From a virus (Duplodnaviria; Heunggongvirae; Uroviricota; Caudoviricetes), in the IMG/VR virus record IMGVR_UViG_2687453522_000001: a DNA stretch of 64,000 nt, one strand, 5' to 3'. The position numbers were made by a program, and so were the translations under genes. This document shows positions 52,998-63,990 of this stretch, in pieces (within the stretch, counting starts at the first letter, position 1; each line of letters starts with the position of its first letter). The notes below the pieces were generated by a model. It saw nothing but the letters and a program-made list of their open reading frames with translations. It was not told where the DNA came from and searched no databases.

Positions 52998-53911
52998 CCA
53001 GAATCACTGAAGAGCGTATATCAGAGATTATTTCCCGTATCGAAATGTATGGTCACGGTGCTGGATATACGGCAGATGAAGTATTGGCACTTGCCCAAAT
53101 GGCTTTGGCGGCTTGCAAAGATGATAAAAAAATGAAGCTTATCGACTTGTTAGTGAAGGAGCTGCCTAAGTGCGGCGGGTGGCCTGATGGAATGAGTTAT
53201 TGTTACCTACCCAGTGTCAATTTAATGGCACCATGCGCGACTTTTGCTTTTGGCTCAGACCACAAAAAAGACACTTTCTTTGGGCGCAATTTTTGTTGTG
53301 AGATTGAGCTTCCAATTGGTGACCTTGATAGCGATGAATACCAGTCAGTTGTCACTCGCGAACAATACGAATCAGCTCTCATAGCGTCGCAGAAAGTCGA
53401 GTTCAATGGTGATGAACTTGAAAGTAAGACTTACAGGTTGGATTTTGGGCAATGGCTGGAACAGCAACGCGGGAAAATCGATGTGGACTGTGGTTGTGTG
53501 TCCACTGAAACATTCATGCACTGGCTGCGGGTAGCTTACGAGGCTGGCAACTATCCGGATATTCCGGATAGTTCGGTGCCAGGGCCAGGAAAGGGCGTCA
53601 CCGGTGAACGTATCCGCATTAAACCGCATGTTTATCGCGAACTGGTTAACCGTCTCCACGATACAGCGATCAAGTGTGCTGGCACCCAGCAATTACGAGA
53701 AAGAATTAGCCGTGTTTTGGGCGACGTTATTACACCAGATCATCATAAACAAGCCGAGAAAAGTGGCCTGGAAAGGTGTCACCTTGAGGCGGCATTAAAC
53801 ATTAAGCCGGGGCATACGCTTGGCATTATTGATGCACTATTGGTTCATAAGATGGCCAGGGCTTTATTGCCGCTGGTGGATGCTGGCGATACAAGCGAGG
53901 GTGAAGTATGA
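52979..53911 (+). CDS. Hypothetical protein
   Basis: 310-aa ORF overlapping neighbours at both ends. Confidence 0.45.
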   Translation: MAQKEMTRITEERISEIISRIEMYGHGAGYTADEVLALAQMALAACKDDKKMKLIDLLVKELPKCGGWPDGMSYCYLPSVNLMAPCATFAFGSDHKKDTFFGRNFCCEIELPIGDLDSDEYQSVVTREQYESALIASQKVEFNGDELESKTYRLDFGQWLEQQRGKIDVDCGCVSTETFMHWLRVAYEAGNYPDIPDSSVPGPGKGVTGERIRIKPHVYRELVNRLHDTAIKCAGTQQLRERISRVLGDVITPDHHKQAEKSGLERCHLEAALNIKPGHTLGIIDALLVHKMARALLPLVDAGDTSEGEV

Positions 53912-54270
53912 GAGTTGCAGATCACATCAAACACCTTGAAAGAATTATCGAAAACGGTGAACTCTTAAGAGATCAGATGAGACGCACGGCAGAAGTCAGA
54001 GAGGCGATAATCCGCAGTCAGGCTGGTAAATTAAAGCAATTATCAGAGATTAACGCGCTATACAAGAACAGACGTAACCGGGCGGCGCTGCGGCTTCAGA
54101 AAGCACGTAATGAAATTAAATTGGTGGAGGCAAAACTGAAAAAACAGATTCAGCGTTACGATCAGCAAGATGCTTTTTATGCCGCCATCAAGGCGGCTGC
54201 TAATGAAATAGGCATCTGGAAGTTGCTGGTGGAGAAAGCAAAGACGAAGTTAAATGCCAACGAAAGCTGA
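53908..54270 (+). CDS. Coiled-coil small protein (hypothetical)
   Basis: 120-aa ORF, charged helical. Confidence 0.45.
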   Translation: MRVADHIKHLERIIENGELLRDQMRRTAEVREAIIRSQAGKLKQLSEINALYKNRRNRAALRLQKARNEIKLVEAKLKKQIQRYDQQDAFYAAIKAAANEIGIWKLLVEKAKTKLNANES

Positions 54271-54344
54271 ACTACAGGTACCCACCAGCACATACAGAAA
54301 ATGATTGTTTCCACATCAAGGAGATTTTAATGTTTCACTGAACA

Positions 54345-54482
54345 TTAAGTAAGCCAGTGCATAATTCCATTTTTTACTGACCTTAAAAGCAAAATCAAAA
54401 CGATGATGAGGATGATCGCCAGAATCTGGCTAATAACAGGCGCATCTAAAAATGCACTCAGGAACTGAAAAAAAGCAGTCAT
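54345..54482 (-). CDS. Small hydrophobic peptide (45 aa), possible membrane toxin or holin-like peptide
   Basis: Minus-strand ORF MTAFFQFLSAFLDAPVISQILAIILIIVLILLLRSVKNGIMHWLT; AGGAA about 9 nt upstream of the ATG; not in the supplied ORF track because of its size. Confidence 0.35.
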   Translation of the reverse strand: MTAFFQFLSAFLDAPVISQILAIILIIVLILLLRSVKNGIMHWLT

Positions 54483-54931
54483 TAAGGTGGTTCCTTGTCA
54501 AATGTAAAGGAGCACTTGCTCACGTTGACGTAGAAACCCAACCCCTATATAGTTGGATTCGGTGAAAGAAAGTCGTTAACGTGAGCTTACGGCACATGTT
54601 TTCGGAACAACATCAGGGAACGGCTAATTCCTTGATGCGGATGGGGTCTGTAATGCAGACCCTATCTATTAACGTCATGATTGCATCTCAAATTTTCTCC
54701 TTATCTTCATTAATCAAAATTCATTTCATTTGTGAAACATCACAATATTTAGAAAATGGCCCTCTTGCAAGTGCATAACTTTGTGGATAAATCAGGAAGA
54801 AAAAAGTTGATTCTGCGCACGGCAAGGCAGATAAGCTGTGCACAAAAATCAATGGGAAAAGAAAAAAAATTAAAAGTTACTTTGCTGGTTAAATAATAGT
54901 CGTTACGCAATTGTTCTGGATGGGATTTGAT

Positions 54932-55183
54932 ATGCACGATTGGAATATTGCAGCTAAAAGTCAGGAAGAACGGGATAAGGTTAACGTTGATCTGGCTGCC
55001 AGCGGTGTGGCGTACAAAGAGCGATTGAACATACCTGTCATAGCTGAACAGGTAGCCCGCGAGCAACCAGAGAATCTGCGCACCTATTTCATGGAACGGT
55101 TACGGCACTATCGGCAGTTAAGCCTCCAGTTGCCAAAAGGGAGCGATCCGGTGTATCAGAACGAGGATGCACCAAAAAAATAA
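54932..55183 (+). CDS. hot: Hot, homologue of DNA polymerase III theta subunit
   Basis: 83 aa from ATG 54932; [36 protein letters not shown] closely resembles E. coli HolE as recalled. Confidence 0.8.
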   Translation: MHDWNIAAKSQEERDKVNVDLAASGVAYKERLNIPVIAEQVAREQPENLRTYFMERLRHYRQLSLQLPKGSDPVYQNEDAPKK

Positions 55184-55270
55184 CGGCAAGATGGGGGAGA
55201 AATGTGATTAGCCCCCAGCGTGGCGCGCCTACAAACCCCGCTTTCACAAACTATGCCTTTTCAATGTATA

Positions 55271-55286
55271 CTGTATGAATAAACAG
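55271..55286 (+). promoter_or_regulatory. LexA (SOS) box upstream of humD
   Basis: ctgtatgaataaacag fits CTGT-N8-ACAG, 20 bp upstream of the humD ATG. Confidence 0.7.
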
Positions 55287-55306
55287 TATCATTGAGGTAA
55301 AACGCT

Positions 55307-55696
55307 ATGGGCTTCCCTTCTCCTGCGGCGGATTATGTTGAAAGCCGAATTTCTCTTGATCAGCAGATAATTAGACATCCTTCAGCGACCTACTTCATGC
55401 GGGCAGCTGATAGCCATCACCGTGAGGGAATATTGCAGGGTGCTTTGCTGGTGGTTGATTCCTCGCTTACTCCGGTTGATGGTTCTCTGCTTGTGTGCGC
55501 TATGGAGGGTGAATATCGCATAAAGAGATACAGGAAGTATCCGCGCCAGCACCTGGAGGATTTAAGCACCGGGAAGAAAGAGGCGTTACCAGTAGATGAC
55601 GATGGATACACGGGCAGTAATGCTGTTTTTGGTGTGATCACTCATGTCATCAATGATGCCCGAAGTGGGGAATTTGATGATTGTCCGGTTATTTAA
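55307..55696 (+). CDS. humD: HumD, UmuD-prime-like translesion synthesis accessory protein
   Basis: 129-aa ORF corresponding to the LexA/UmuD C-terminal protease-fold domain without the cleavable N-terminus; LexA box upstream. Confidence 0.85.
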   Translation: MGFPSPAADYVESRISLDQQIIRHPSATYFMRAADSHHREGILQGALLVVDSSLTPVDGSLLVCAMEGEYRIKRYRKYPRQHLEDLSTGKKEALPVDDDGYTGSNAVFGVITHVINDARSGEFDDCPVI

Positions 55697-55737
55697 GCTG
55701 CAAAGTGCTGGTGCTTTATGCCTGTGAAGTTTATAAT

Positions 55738-55764
55738 TGTGTACACATAACGAGTACACGAGGT
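55738..55764 (+). promoter_or_regulatory. phd-doc promoter/operator with palindromic Phd-binding sites
   Basis: ttgtgtacacataacgagtacacgagg contains GTGTACAC-type palindromes just upstream of phd. Confidence 0.5.
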
Positions 55765-55768
55765 GTTT

Positions 55769-55990
55769 ATGCAATCCATTAACTTCCGTACCGCGCGTGG
55801 CAACCTTTCTGAAGTGCTCAACAATGTTGAAGCCGGGGAAGAGGTTGAAATCACCCGCAGAGGCCGTGAGCCAGCAGTAATTGTCAGCAAGGCTACTTTC
55901 GAAGCCTACAAAAAAGCGGCGCTGGATGCTGAATTTGCATCCCTGTTTGACACCCTGGACTCCACCAACAAGGAACTGGTTAACCGATAA
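55769..55990 (+). CDS. phd: Phd antitoxin
   Basis: 73 aa from ATG 55769 ([39 protein letters not shown]...); stop overlaps doc start. Confidence 0.9.
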
Positions 55991-56370
55991 TGAGGCATAT
56001 ATCACCGGAAGAACTTATTGCGCTTCATGATGCGAATATAAGCCGCTACGGCGGCCTGCCGGGAATGTCTGATCCGGGTAGGGCAGAGGCCATTATCGGG
56101 AGAGTTCAGGCCAGAGTTGCCTACGAAGAGATCACCGACCTTTTCGAAGTCTCCGCCACCTACCTGGTGGCTACAGCGAGAGGGCATATATTCAATGATG
56201 CCAATAAGCGTACCGCGCTAAACAGTGCGCTGCTATTTCTACGCCGTAACGGGGTGCAGGTATTTGATTCACCTGAACTGGCAGACCTTACTGTAGGCGC
56301 TGCGACTGGCGAGATATCTGTATCTTCTGTCGCCGACACGTTACGTAGATTGTATGGTTCTGCGGAGTAG
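55990..56370 (+). CDS. doc: Doc toxin (Fic-fold kinase)
   Basis: 126-aa ORF with Fic-like [11 protein letters not shown] motif. Confidence 0.9.
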
Positions 56371-56374
56371 ATTA

Positions 56375-56554
56375 ATGGCACGCAAATACAACAAATTGTC
56401 CCGTGAAGCGTTAAAGATGCTTCTTGATGGCGTGAGTCGCCGCAAGGTAAAGCAATACCTGGTTGGTAAGCAAATTGGAGTCAGGACCGCTATTGCTGTG
56501 TTATGCCGTCAGGAAATGGTTGTGCTTAAACAGAGAATGCCGGGCAGCAGATAA
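56375..56554 (+). CDS. Small protein downstream of doc (P1 pdcA position)
   Basis: About 59 aa from ATG 56375 (MARKYNKLSREALK...). Confidence 0.45.
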   Translation: MARKYNKLSREALKMLLDGVSRRKVKQYLVGKQIGVRTAIAVLCRQEMVVLKQRMPGSR

Positions 56555-56581
56555 AGCCCAATCAGTGATTAAAGGTGTGAT

Positions 56582-57625
56582 GTGAAAGCCGTAATTACTC
56601 CCTTTGTACAGAAAGAGCTTGGCCTCGCCACGTTCAAAGTGGATCAGGAGGTCAGAAAGCTGGTGGAGGCTGGCCGTAAATTTATTATGGAGCCGGTGCC
56701 GCGTGAGTTAATCGAGCACATGGAAGACGGCCTCGTTGTTACCGAGCAAACCATGGCAACAAATGAGGCGTTGCAGCCGTTTTTTAACAGCGATGAACTG
56801 TTTCGCCGTATTGGTGGAATTGACGCGCTGGTGGCGTGGTTGCGTAGGAAAGAGGGTCAATGCCAGGCCGCAGATCGTAGTTGGTGTGACAACCATATTG
56901 TCCACGCTGAACGAGACAATAGCGCGGTGTTGTTGTGCTGGCATCACGATAACCATTACCGGATGCGTGGTTTTAATGAGCTGAAAGAAACGCTGCATAA
57001 TAATCGCGTTAACTGGATACTGGATGTCGCCCGTCAGGAAATGGGGCTTTCAGATGGCCATGATTTAAGTATTCAGGAACTGTGCTGGTGGGCTTTCATG
57101 CGCAACATGATGCACCTGATGCCGGAAGAAGTTTGCCGTATATCAATAAATAAGATGAAAGCCGCAACGCAGGATAGCGGACCTCTGAAAGAGGCGGATA
57201 TTCGCCCGTATGACGATCGCGCTACAGCATATGTTCAGATGATGGAAGAACGCGCCGCGCCGATGCGTGCAAAAGTATGCCCTGTGGATGTTGACTCCGA
57301 CCCTGGCATGGCGCATTTCAAAATACCAAAACTTCAATCGCTAAAATTGCCCGAGTACATGGATTTTGTGGCTTCCCGTCCATGCTGTGGCTGTGGAGCT
57401 GCGGGAGCTGGCGCTCACATTACGCCTTATATCGTTCGTCATAGTCGATTATGCGCGCATGACATTTATGCTATTCCTCTGTGCCAGTCATGCCAGCGTG
57501 ATATTGAGCGTGACCGCGATAATTGGGAGAAGACGCACGGTAGGCTGGCGATGCATCAACGATTGTTCTTTGATTACGCGCTTGGAGTCGGCGCTATCAC
57601 AAGTCATTCGTCGAGCGTTAGATAA
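56582..57625 (+). CDS. Cys-rich protein downstream of doc (P1 pdcB position)
   Basis: 347-aa ORF with GTG start; several Cys/His clusters ([19 protein letters not shown]). Confidence 0.5.
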   Translation: MKAVITPFVQKELGLATFKVDQEVRKLVEAGRKFIMEPVPRELIEHMEDGLVVTEQTMATNEALQPFFNSDELFRRIGGIDALVAWLRRKEGQCQAADRSWCDNHIVHAERDNSAVLLCWHHDNHYRMRGFNELKETLHNNRVNWILDVARQEMGLSDGHDLSIQELCWWAFMRNMMHLMPEEVCRISINKMKAATQDSGPLKEADIRPYDDRATAYVQMMEERAAPMRAKVCPVDVDSDPGMAHFKIPKLQSLKLPEYMDFVASRPCCGCGAAGAGAHITPYIVRHSRLCAHDIYAIPLCQSCQRDIERDRDNWEKTHGRLAMHQRLFFDYALGVGAITSHSSSVR

Positions 57626-57626
57626 A

Positions 57627-57643
57627 ATTGCTCTAATGTATTG
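57627..57643 (+). promoter_or_regulatory. C1 operator-like site upstream of lpa
   Basis: attgctctaatgtattg, 13/17 to consensus. Confidence 0.6.
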
Positions 57644-57713
57644 CTATTTCTTTAATCGAGGGTATTATATTCGACGTTGATTAGTTGACATGGGCTAATC
57701 AGTAGGTGACAGG

Positions 57714-58166
57714 ATGTTACTTAACTGGCAGGGACGCCACTTCATGGAAATAAATCACTCACGAATAACATCGTACGAGATTGCGGATTACATGATCCGC
57801 ACTAAATCTCTTCTATCAGCGAAAGATCTCGCAGCAATTCTTGAAAAGGAATACCCGCATCTGGATGTCGATAAGCGCGATGTTTATCTGCGCTTAAAGG
57901 CTATCGCTGTGTCTAAGTATTCGTCTGTTTTGATTGATGACAGTACACGCCCACGTAGATTTCAGATCCACTCTCTGAATCCTGAATTCTTTCGCCGCAG
58001 CCGCGCTCCGCGCCGGTTTGATGAAAAACTCCAGAACGAACTCTATATGACGCAGGACGAAAAGGAACGCCGGGAGCACCAGCCTTGGGTGATGGCGCGT
58101 CAACTTTTCAATAAGGTGGTCCGTCAGCACCGTCATTACGGTAATGCCACATCCGCACGTATCTGA
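57714..58166 (+). CDS. lpa: Lpa, late promoter activator
   Basis: 150-aa ORF at the expected position between the doc-proximal genes and pacA. Confidence 0.7.
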   Translation: MLLNWQGRHFMEINHSRITSYEIADYMIRTKSLLSAKDLAAILEKEYPHLDVDKRDVYLRLKAIAVSKYSSVLIDDSTRPRRFQIHSLNPEFFRRSRAPRRFDEKLQNELYMTQDEKERREHQPWVMARQLFNKVVRQHRHYGNATSARI

Positions 58167-58252
58167 TTGATTGCTTGCCCGTTCCGGGCCTTTTGACATG
58201 TGACTTTCGTTACCCTCGCGTCAAAAAGAGTTTTATACGAAAGGAAGCATAA

Positions 58253-59446
58253 GTGACCTGGGACGATCACAAGAAGAATTTTGCTCGCCTGGCGCGAGAT
58301 GGTGGTTACACCATCGCACAATATGCCGCCGAGTTTAATCTCAACCCAAACACCGCACGTCGTTATCTCCGTGCATTCAAAGAAGACACCGGAACAGCGG
58401 ACAGCCGTAAGCCAAATAAGCCTGTCAGGAAACCACTAAAAAGCATGATCATTGATCACGCTAATGATCAACGTGCAGGTGATCACGTTGTGGCTGAAAT
58501 GGCTGAAAAACAAAGAGTTAATGCTGTTGTCAGTGCCGCAGTCGAGAACGCGAAGCGCCAGAATAAGCGCATAAATGATCGTTCTGATGATCATGACGTG
58601 ATCACCCGCGCCCACCGGACCTTACGTGATCGCCTGGAACGCGACACCCTGGATGATGATGGTGAACGCTTTGAATTCGAAGCTGGCGATTACCTGATAG
58701 ATAACGTTGAAGCGCGGAAGGCCGCGCGCGCTATGTTGCGTCGGTCCGGGGCCGATGTTCTGGAAACCACTCTTCTGGAAAAGTCTCTCTCTCATCTCCT
58801 TATGCTGGAGAACGCCAGGGATACGTGTATTCGCTTGGTTCAGGAAATGCGCGATCAGCAAAAAGACGATGATGAAGGAACTCCGCCTGAATACCGTATC
58901 GCGAGCATGCTAAACAGCTGTTCCGCGCAGATAAGCAGCCTGATCAACACCATTTACAGCATCCGGAATAACTATCGAAAAGAAAGCCGGGAGGCGGAAA
59001 AGCACGCTTTGTCTATGGGGCAAGCTGGCATTGTTAAGCTGGCATACGAACGAAAGCGTGAAAACAACTGGTCAGTGCTGGAGGCAGCTGAATTCATCGA
59101 GGCGCATGGAGGGAAAGTACCGCCCCTGATGCTGGAGCAAATCAAAGCCGATCTGCGTGCTCCTAAGACCAATACCGATGATGAGGAAAGGCAAACAGCC
59201 GTCGGTGGCCCTTCTCTTGAAGATCTGGACAAAGTTGCGCGAGAACGGGCCGCCAACCGCCGCGCCGATGCCGCATTGTGGATTGAGCAGCGTAGGGAAG
59301 AAATCGCCGATATCGTTGATACAGGCGGTTATGGAGATGTTGATACTGAAGGTGTATCAAACGACCCATGGCTGGAACAAGACCTGGACGAAGACGAGGA
59401 GGAAGACGAAGAAGTTACCCGCAAGCTATACGGGGATGATGATTAA
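58253..59446 (+). CDS. pacA: PacA, pacase/terminase small subunit
   Basis: 397-aa ORF with GTG start and AAGGAAG RBS; contains the pac site in its 5' part; acidic C-terminus. Confidence 0.9.
   Translation: MTWDDHKKNFARLARDGGYTIAQYAAEFNLNPNTARRYLRAFKEDTGTADSRKPNKPVRKPLKSMIIDHANDQRAGDHVVAEMAEKQRVNAVVSAAVENAKRQNKRINDRSDDHDVITRAHRTLRDRLERDTLDDDGERFEFEAGDYLIDNVEARKAARAMLRRSGADVLETTLLEKSLSHLLMLENARDTCIRLVQEMRDQQKDDDEGTPPEYRIASMLNSCSAQISSLINTIYSIRNNYRKESREAEKHALSMGQAGIVKLAYERKRENNWSVLEAAEFIEAHGGKVPPLMLEQIKADLRAPKTNTDDEERQTAVGGPSLEDLDKVARERAANRRADAALWIEQRREEIADIVDTGGYGDVDTEGVSNDPWLEQDLDEDEEEDEEVTRKLYGDDD
58446..58604 (+). other. pac: pac packaging site (4 + 3 TGATCA/G hexamers with Dam GATC cores)
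   Basis: TGATCA hexamers at 58446, 58453, 58465, 58480 and TGATCG/TGATCA at 58576, 58588, 58599 flanking the cleavage region. Confidence 0.8.
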
Positions 59447-60930
59447 TGGCCAGAAGTTGCGTAACGGATCCACGTTGGCGAGAGCTGGTGGCGCTATATC
59501 GTTATGACTGGATTGCTGCCGCTGATGTTTTGTTCGGCAAAACACCTACCTGGCAGCAGGATCTGATTATTGAGTCTGTGCAGGAACAGGGTAGCAAGAC
59601 ATCTGTTTCGTCTGGTCACGGTACCGGGAAATCAGACATGACTTCTATCATGATCATGTTGTTCATAATCATGTATCCAGGTGCCCGTGCCATTATCGTT
59701 GCGAACAAAATTCAGCAGGTAATGACCGGTATATTCAAGTACATCAAGATAAACTGGGCTACTGCCACCAGCCGTTTCCCATGGCTTGCTGATTATTTTG
59801 TTCTGACAGAAACCGCTTTCTATGAGATTACTGGTAAAGGTGTATGGACTGTAGTACCGAAGGGCTTTCGTCTGGGAAGTGAAGAAGCTCTCGCCGGTGA
59901 ACACGCAGATCATCTTCTGTATATTATCGATGAAGCCTCCGGTGTCAGTGATAGAGCTTTCGGTATCATCACCGGTGCTCTTACCGGACAGGATAACCGC
60001 ATCTTATTGCTGTCACAGCCTACACGCCCAAGCGGCTATTTCTACGATACACACCATAAACTGGCCAAGCGGCCTGGTAACCCTGATGGCGTTTATACGG
60101 CGATCACGCTTAACAGTGAGGAATCACCGTTGGTAACGCCAGCATTTATCAAAATGAAGCTGGCGGAGTACGGCGGGCGTGATAACCCTATGTACATGAT
60201 TAAGGTACGCGGCCTATTCCCTAAATCACAGGATGGCTTCCTTCTTGGACGTGATGAGGTTGAACGTGCAACGCGGCGGAAAGTCAAGATTGCAAAAGGA
60301 TGGGGCTGGCTTGCATGTGTGGACGTTGCTGGTGGTACGGGACGGGATAAGTCCGTTATCAATATCATGATGGTGTCCGGCCAGCGAAATAAACGCCGTG
60401 TAATCAACTATCGAATGCTGGAATACACAGACGTTACAGAAACGCAGCTTGCCGCCAAAATTTTCGCAGAATGCAATCCTGAGCGATTCCCAAATATCAC
60501 CATAGCGATAGACGGCGATGGCCTGGGTAAAGCAACGGCGGATCTGATGTACGAGTATTATGGTATTACCGTACAGCGTATACGCTGGGGTAAAAAGATG
60601 CATAGCCGTGAAGATAAGAGCCTGTACTTTGATAAACGTGCTTATGCCAACGTTCAAGCCGCAGAGGCCGTAAAATCTGGTCGTATGAGACTGGATAAGG
60701 GTAATGAAACTATTGAGGAAGCGTCGAAAATCCCTGTAGGGATTAACTCCGCAGGTCAATGGAAGGTGATGAGTAAGGAGGATATGAAGAAAAAACTCAA
60801 CCTGCACTCACCAGACCATTGGGATACATATTGTTTCGCTATGCTGGCGGATTATGTTCCCCAGGATGAAGTGCTTAGCGTCGAAGACGAAGCGCAGGTT
60901 GATGAAGCTCTGGCATGGCTTAATGAATAA
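59446..60930 (+). CDS. pacB: PacB, terminase large subunit
   Basis: 494-aa ORF overlapping the pacA stop; same length as P1 PacB. Confidence 0.9.
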   Translation: MARSCVTDPRWRELVALYRYDWIAAADVLFGKTPTWQQDLIIESVQEQGSKTSVSSGHGTGKSDMTSIMIMLFIIMYPGARAIIVANKIQQVMTGIFKYIKINWATATSRFPWLADYFVLTETAFYEITGKGVWTVVPKGFRLGSEEALAGEHADHLLYIIDEASGVSDRAFGIITGALTGQDNRILLLSQPTRPSGYFYDTHHKLAKRPGNPDGVYTAITLNSEESPLVTPAFIKMKLAEYGGRDNPMYMIKVRGLFPKSQDGFLLGRDEVERATRRKVKIAKGWGWLACVDVAGGTGRDKSVINIMMVSGQRNKRRVINYRMLEYTDVTETQLAAKIFAECNPERFPNITIAIDGDGLGKATADLMYEYYGITVQRIRWGKKMHSREDKSLYFDKRAYANVQAAEAVKSGRMRLDKGNETIEEASKIPVGINSAGQWKVMSKEDMKKKLNLHSPDHWDTYCFAMLADYVPQDEVLSVEDEAQVDEALAWLNE

Positions 60931-60954
60931 CTCATTGACCATGCCGGATAGAAA

Positions 60955-61806
60955 CTATTGCGCGCTTTCGGGGTTGTCGTTTACTGGCTGCCCCTTCTTA
61001 GTTTTACGGCTGCGCGTAACTGATGCGGCTGATTTGACCTTTTTCTCTTCGCGAGTGATGGCAATTTGTTTTTTTACATTTTCAATATCTGCCAGGCGAT
61101 ATATTTTTGCCTGCGGCCAGCGGTCGCAGATGATCGGTTCTATAGAGTCATAAAGGCTAAATTTTGCTTTCTCGAATTCACCGTTGATGATGATTCCATC
61201 ACGGAGAGTTTCATCGCAGATAAACACACCACACAGCGGCACATGGTAACTAACTGATTTACCATCATTGTAGTTAGGGCTACTGGAAATGTAGTGGACG
61301 CGCAGCATTGTTTCGCTAAAGCCGTGTACACGCATACGGAATTTTTCATCCTCCGGGTACTGCTTCATTAGCTCTTTTGTTGCTTCCAGGTTCTCTATGT
61401 ATTTCGCACTGTGCTCATTGATCCCCGCGCTTTTCTGGATGCGAATGTCCTTATCAATCAGATGAATAATGCGGCCAGCGGTCATGTTGACGCTGTTCAC
61501 AGCTTCTGTCTGATAAGTCGTAACCTTACGCACACCGCGAAGGATGTTAGGCACAGGATATAAAATAGTCTTTGGGATATTGAGGTCTGGGTACTGTTCC
61601 AGTTCCCGCGCCATTAAAGTCCATTTATCAATTTCAGCCTGAATGCTGTCCGTTTCTTTGAACGGCAGAACGACAACCGGGCGTACAGGACGACCGTCGC
61701 TGGCGGCATCAACGTGTTGGGCGCGTGCAACAGCTTTTTTTAGAAAGAGATCCCTGAAGCTGACGAACTCCTGGTACAGTTGTTCGCCGTAGACATAATT
61801 TATCAT
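60955..61806 (-). CDS. c1: C1 repressor of lytic functions
   Basis: 283-aa ORF, same length as P1 C1, downstream of coi on the minus strand. Confidence 0.9.
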   Translation of the reverse strand: MINYVYGEQLYQEFVSFRDLFLKKAVARAQHVDAASDGRPVRPVVVLPFKETDSIQAEIDKWTLMARELEQYPDLNIPKTILYPVPNILRGVRKVTTYQTEAVNSVNMTAGRIIHLIDKDIRIQKSAGINEHSAKYIENLEATKELMKQYPEDEKFRMRVHGFSETMLRVHYISSSPNYNDGKSVSYHVPLCGVFICDETLRDGIIINGEFEKAKFSLYDSIEPIICDRWPQAKIYRLADIENVKKQIAITREEKKVKSAASVTRSRKTKKGQPVNDNPESAQ

Positions 61807-61898
61807 TGATCCTCCTCCAGAATTGACATGGCCAACAACTCACAGCGGATTACACTGGGAGTTGTTGGCCACCATTATAGAAGGATCCAACGAAAATA

Positions 61899-61915
61899 AT
61901 AGATTTATTAGTGCA
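61899..61915 (-). promoter_or_regulatory. Degenerate C1 operator-like site upstream of coi/c1
   Basis: Reverse complement atgcactaataaatcta, about 12/17 to consensus. Confidence 0.35.
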
Positions 61916-61916
61916 T

Positions 61917-62126
61917 TTATTGTGAGTCTGGCTGGTTAGTGGCCATGAGATATTCGATTGTGTCAGTGAGATCATCCAGGTCGTCTTGGGTGATGCGGTA
62001 CTCCTGATTGGATATCTTTGAGTAGTGTTCAGCAATGGCGCGGGCAGCGTCGGTTTCGGCGGGGTCTACAGATAAAGCGTTAGAGCAATGTCTAACGTCG
62101 TCGATGGTTGGTGGAATGAAAGCCAT
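61917..62126 (-). CDS. coi: Coi, C1 inactivator
   Basis: 69-aa ORF directly upstream of c1, same length as P1 Coi. Confidence 0.85.
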   Translation of the reverse strand: MAFIPPTIDDVRHCSNALSVDPAETDAARAIAEHYSKISNQEYRITQDDLDDLTDTIEYLMATNQPDSQ

Positions 62127-62364
62127 AATTATGCCTCACTGTATTGACAACACAGAGCCTGAAGCTCTGACCTACTGTTTCACCCATGATCCATGCTGGG
62201 GTAATCTAACAACATTGCGCTGTGTGTAAGATGAGCAATGCATAGCTGTAATGCCGTTGTATAAGGTTTCCCTGTTTGCTCATTTCCTTCTGAGCCGCTC
62301 TACAACGCTGAAGACACATTAAATAGTGAATCCAAAGTCGTATTACGAAACGGCGGCAAAACTA

Positions 62365-62381
62365 TAATTTATTAGAGCAAT
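62365..62381 (-). promoter_or_regulatory. C1 operator-like site (Op99 cluster)
   Basis: Reverse complement attgctctaataaatta, 16/17. Confidence 0.7.
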
Positions 62382-62447
62382 TGTCAAACAACTATGAAAA
62401 ACAATCCAGTTTTTGGCTGGTGGAGTGGGATTTTTCTCTCAAAATTT

Positions 62448-62464
62448 ATTGCTCTAATAATTCT
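62448..62464 (+). promoter_or_regulatory. C1 operator-like site (Op99 cluster)
   Basis: attgctctaataattct, 14/17. Confidence 0.65.
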
Positions 62465-62507
62465 TGATTTTTATGCGCAGCTGGACGTAAACTCCTCTTC
62501 AGACCTA

Positions 62508-62541
62508 ATAACTTCGTATAGCATACATTATACGAAGTTAT
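62508..62541 (+). other. loxP: loxP recombination site
   Basis: Exact 34-bp ATAACTTCGTATAGCATACATTATACGAAGTTAT (13-bp inverted repeats around an 8-bp spacer). Confidence 0.97.
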
Positions 62542-62559
62542 CTTAAGGGTTATTGAACA

Positions 62560-62705
62560 TGATCAATTTACCTGTAAATCCATACAGTTCAATACCTTAC
62601 AGGTCAAATAGTGATCACTTGATCATTTGATCAAGGTTGCGCTACGTAAAATCTGCGAAATGTTGGCAGTGTTAGTGCTCCAGATTTCGCGTAGCGCACT
62701 TAGCA
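62560..62705 (+). promoter_or_regulatory. cre upstream regulatory region with clustered GATC sites and a 14-bp inverted repeat
   Basis: Four GATC sites in about 80 bp (atgatcaa, gtgatcacttgatcatttgatcaa) and inverted repeat gcgctacgtaaaat...atttcgcgtagcgc. Confidence 0.45.
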
Positions 62706-62958
62706 CCACCAATCAATCAGAGGTGAAAAATGGGATATTCAGCTGCTAAAGTGTCCACTCATCTTGAGCTTGAGAAAAACCGTGGTTACTGGCGGGCAAA
62801 AGGGTTTGATCGTGATAGTTGTCAACTGTCATTATCGCGCGGTGAAGAGAAAATAGAACGCACGCGCGGTCGCTGGCGTTTCTATGACGAGAACCATAAA
62901 CAGGTAAAGGCAGAGCCGATCCTGTACACTTTACTTAAAACCATTATCTGAGTGTTAA

Positions 62959-63990
62959 ATGTCCAATTTACTGACCGTACACCAAAATTTGCCTGCATTA
63001 CCGGTCGATGCAACGAGTGATGAGGTTCGCAAGAACCTGATGGACATGTTCAGGGATCGCCAGGCGTTTTCTGAGCATACCTGGAAAATGCTTCTGTCCG
63101 TTTGCCGGTCGTGGGCGGCATGGTGCAAGTTAAATAACCGGAAATGGTTTCCCGCAGAACCTGAAGATGTTCGCGATTATCTTCTATATCTTCAGGCGCG
63201 CGGTCTGGCAGTGAAAACTATCCAGCAACATTTGGGCCAGCTAAATATGCTTCATCGTCGGTCCGGGCTGCCACGACCAAGTGACAGCAATGCTGTTTCA
63301 CTGGTCATGCGACGGATCCGAAAAGAAAACGTTGATGCCGGTGAGCGTGCAAAACAGGCGCTGGCGTTCGAACGCACTGATTTCGACCAGGTTCGTTCAC
63401 TCATGGAAAATAGCGATCGCTGCCAGGATATACGTAATCTGGCATTTCTGGGGATTGCTTATAACACCCTGTTGCGTATAGCCGAAATTTCTAGGATCAG
63501 AGTTAAAGATATCTCACGTACTGACGGTGGGAGAATGTTAATCCATATTGGCAGAACGAAAACGCTGGTTAGCACCGCTGGTGTAGAGAAGGCACTTAGT
63601 CTGGGGGTAACTAAACTGGTTGAGCGATGGATTTCTGTCTCTGGTGTGGCTGATGATCCGAATAACTACTTGTTTTGCCGTGTCAGAAAAAATGGTGTTG
63701 CCGCGCCATCTGCCACCAGCCAGCTATCAACTCGCGCCCTGGAAGGGATTTTTGAAGCAACTCACCGATTGATTTACGGGGCTAAGGATGACTCTGGCCA
63801 GAGGTACCTGGCCTGGTCTGGACACAGTGCCCGTGTCGGAGCCGCGCGAGATATGGCCCGCGCCGGAGTTTCAATACCGGAGATCATGCAAGCTGGTGGC
63901 TGGACCAACGTAAATATTGTCATGAACTACATTCGTAACCTGGATAGTGAAACGGGGGCAATGGTGCGCCTGCTGGAAGATGGCGATTAG
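62959..63990 (+). CDS. cre: Cre tyrosine recombinase
   Basis: 343-aa ORF starting MSNLLTVHQNLPALPVDATSDEVRKNLMDMFRDRQAFSEHTWKMLLSVCRSWAAWCKLNNRKWFPAEPEDVRDYLLYLQARGLAVKTIQQHLGQLNMLHRRSGLPRPSDSNAVSLVMRRIRKEN and ending MVRLLEDGD; about 420 bp downstream of loxP. Confidence 0.97.
   Translation: MSNLLTVHQNLPALPVDATSDEVRKNLMDMFRDRQAFSEHTWKMLLSVCRSWAAWCKLNNRKWFPAEPEDVRDYLLYLQARGLAVKTIQQHLGQLNMLHRRSGLPRPSDSNAVSLVMRRIRKENVDAGERAKQALAFERTDFDQVRSLMENSDRCQDIRNLAFLGIAYNTLLRIAEISRIRVKDISRTDGGRMLIHIGRTKTLVSTAGVEKALSLGVTKLVERWISVSGVADDPNNYLFCRVRKNGVAAPSATSQLSTRALEGIFEATHRLIYGAKDDSGQRYLAWSGHSARVGAARDMARAGVSIPEIMQAGGWTNVNIVMNYIRNLDSETGAMVRLLEDGD

Noticed and set aside
54581-54778. 65-aa plus-strand ORF in the gap before hot
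   Set aside because: No RBS, overlaps a terminator-like hairpin (gggtctg taat gcagaccc), low-complexity translation.
62730-62951. 73-aa plus-strand ORF between loxP and cre
   Set aside because: Lies in the cre promoter region with clustered GATC sites; could be a real small protein but I cannot support it.
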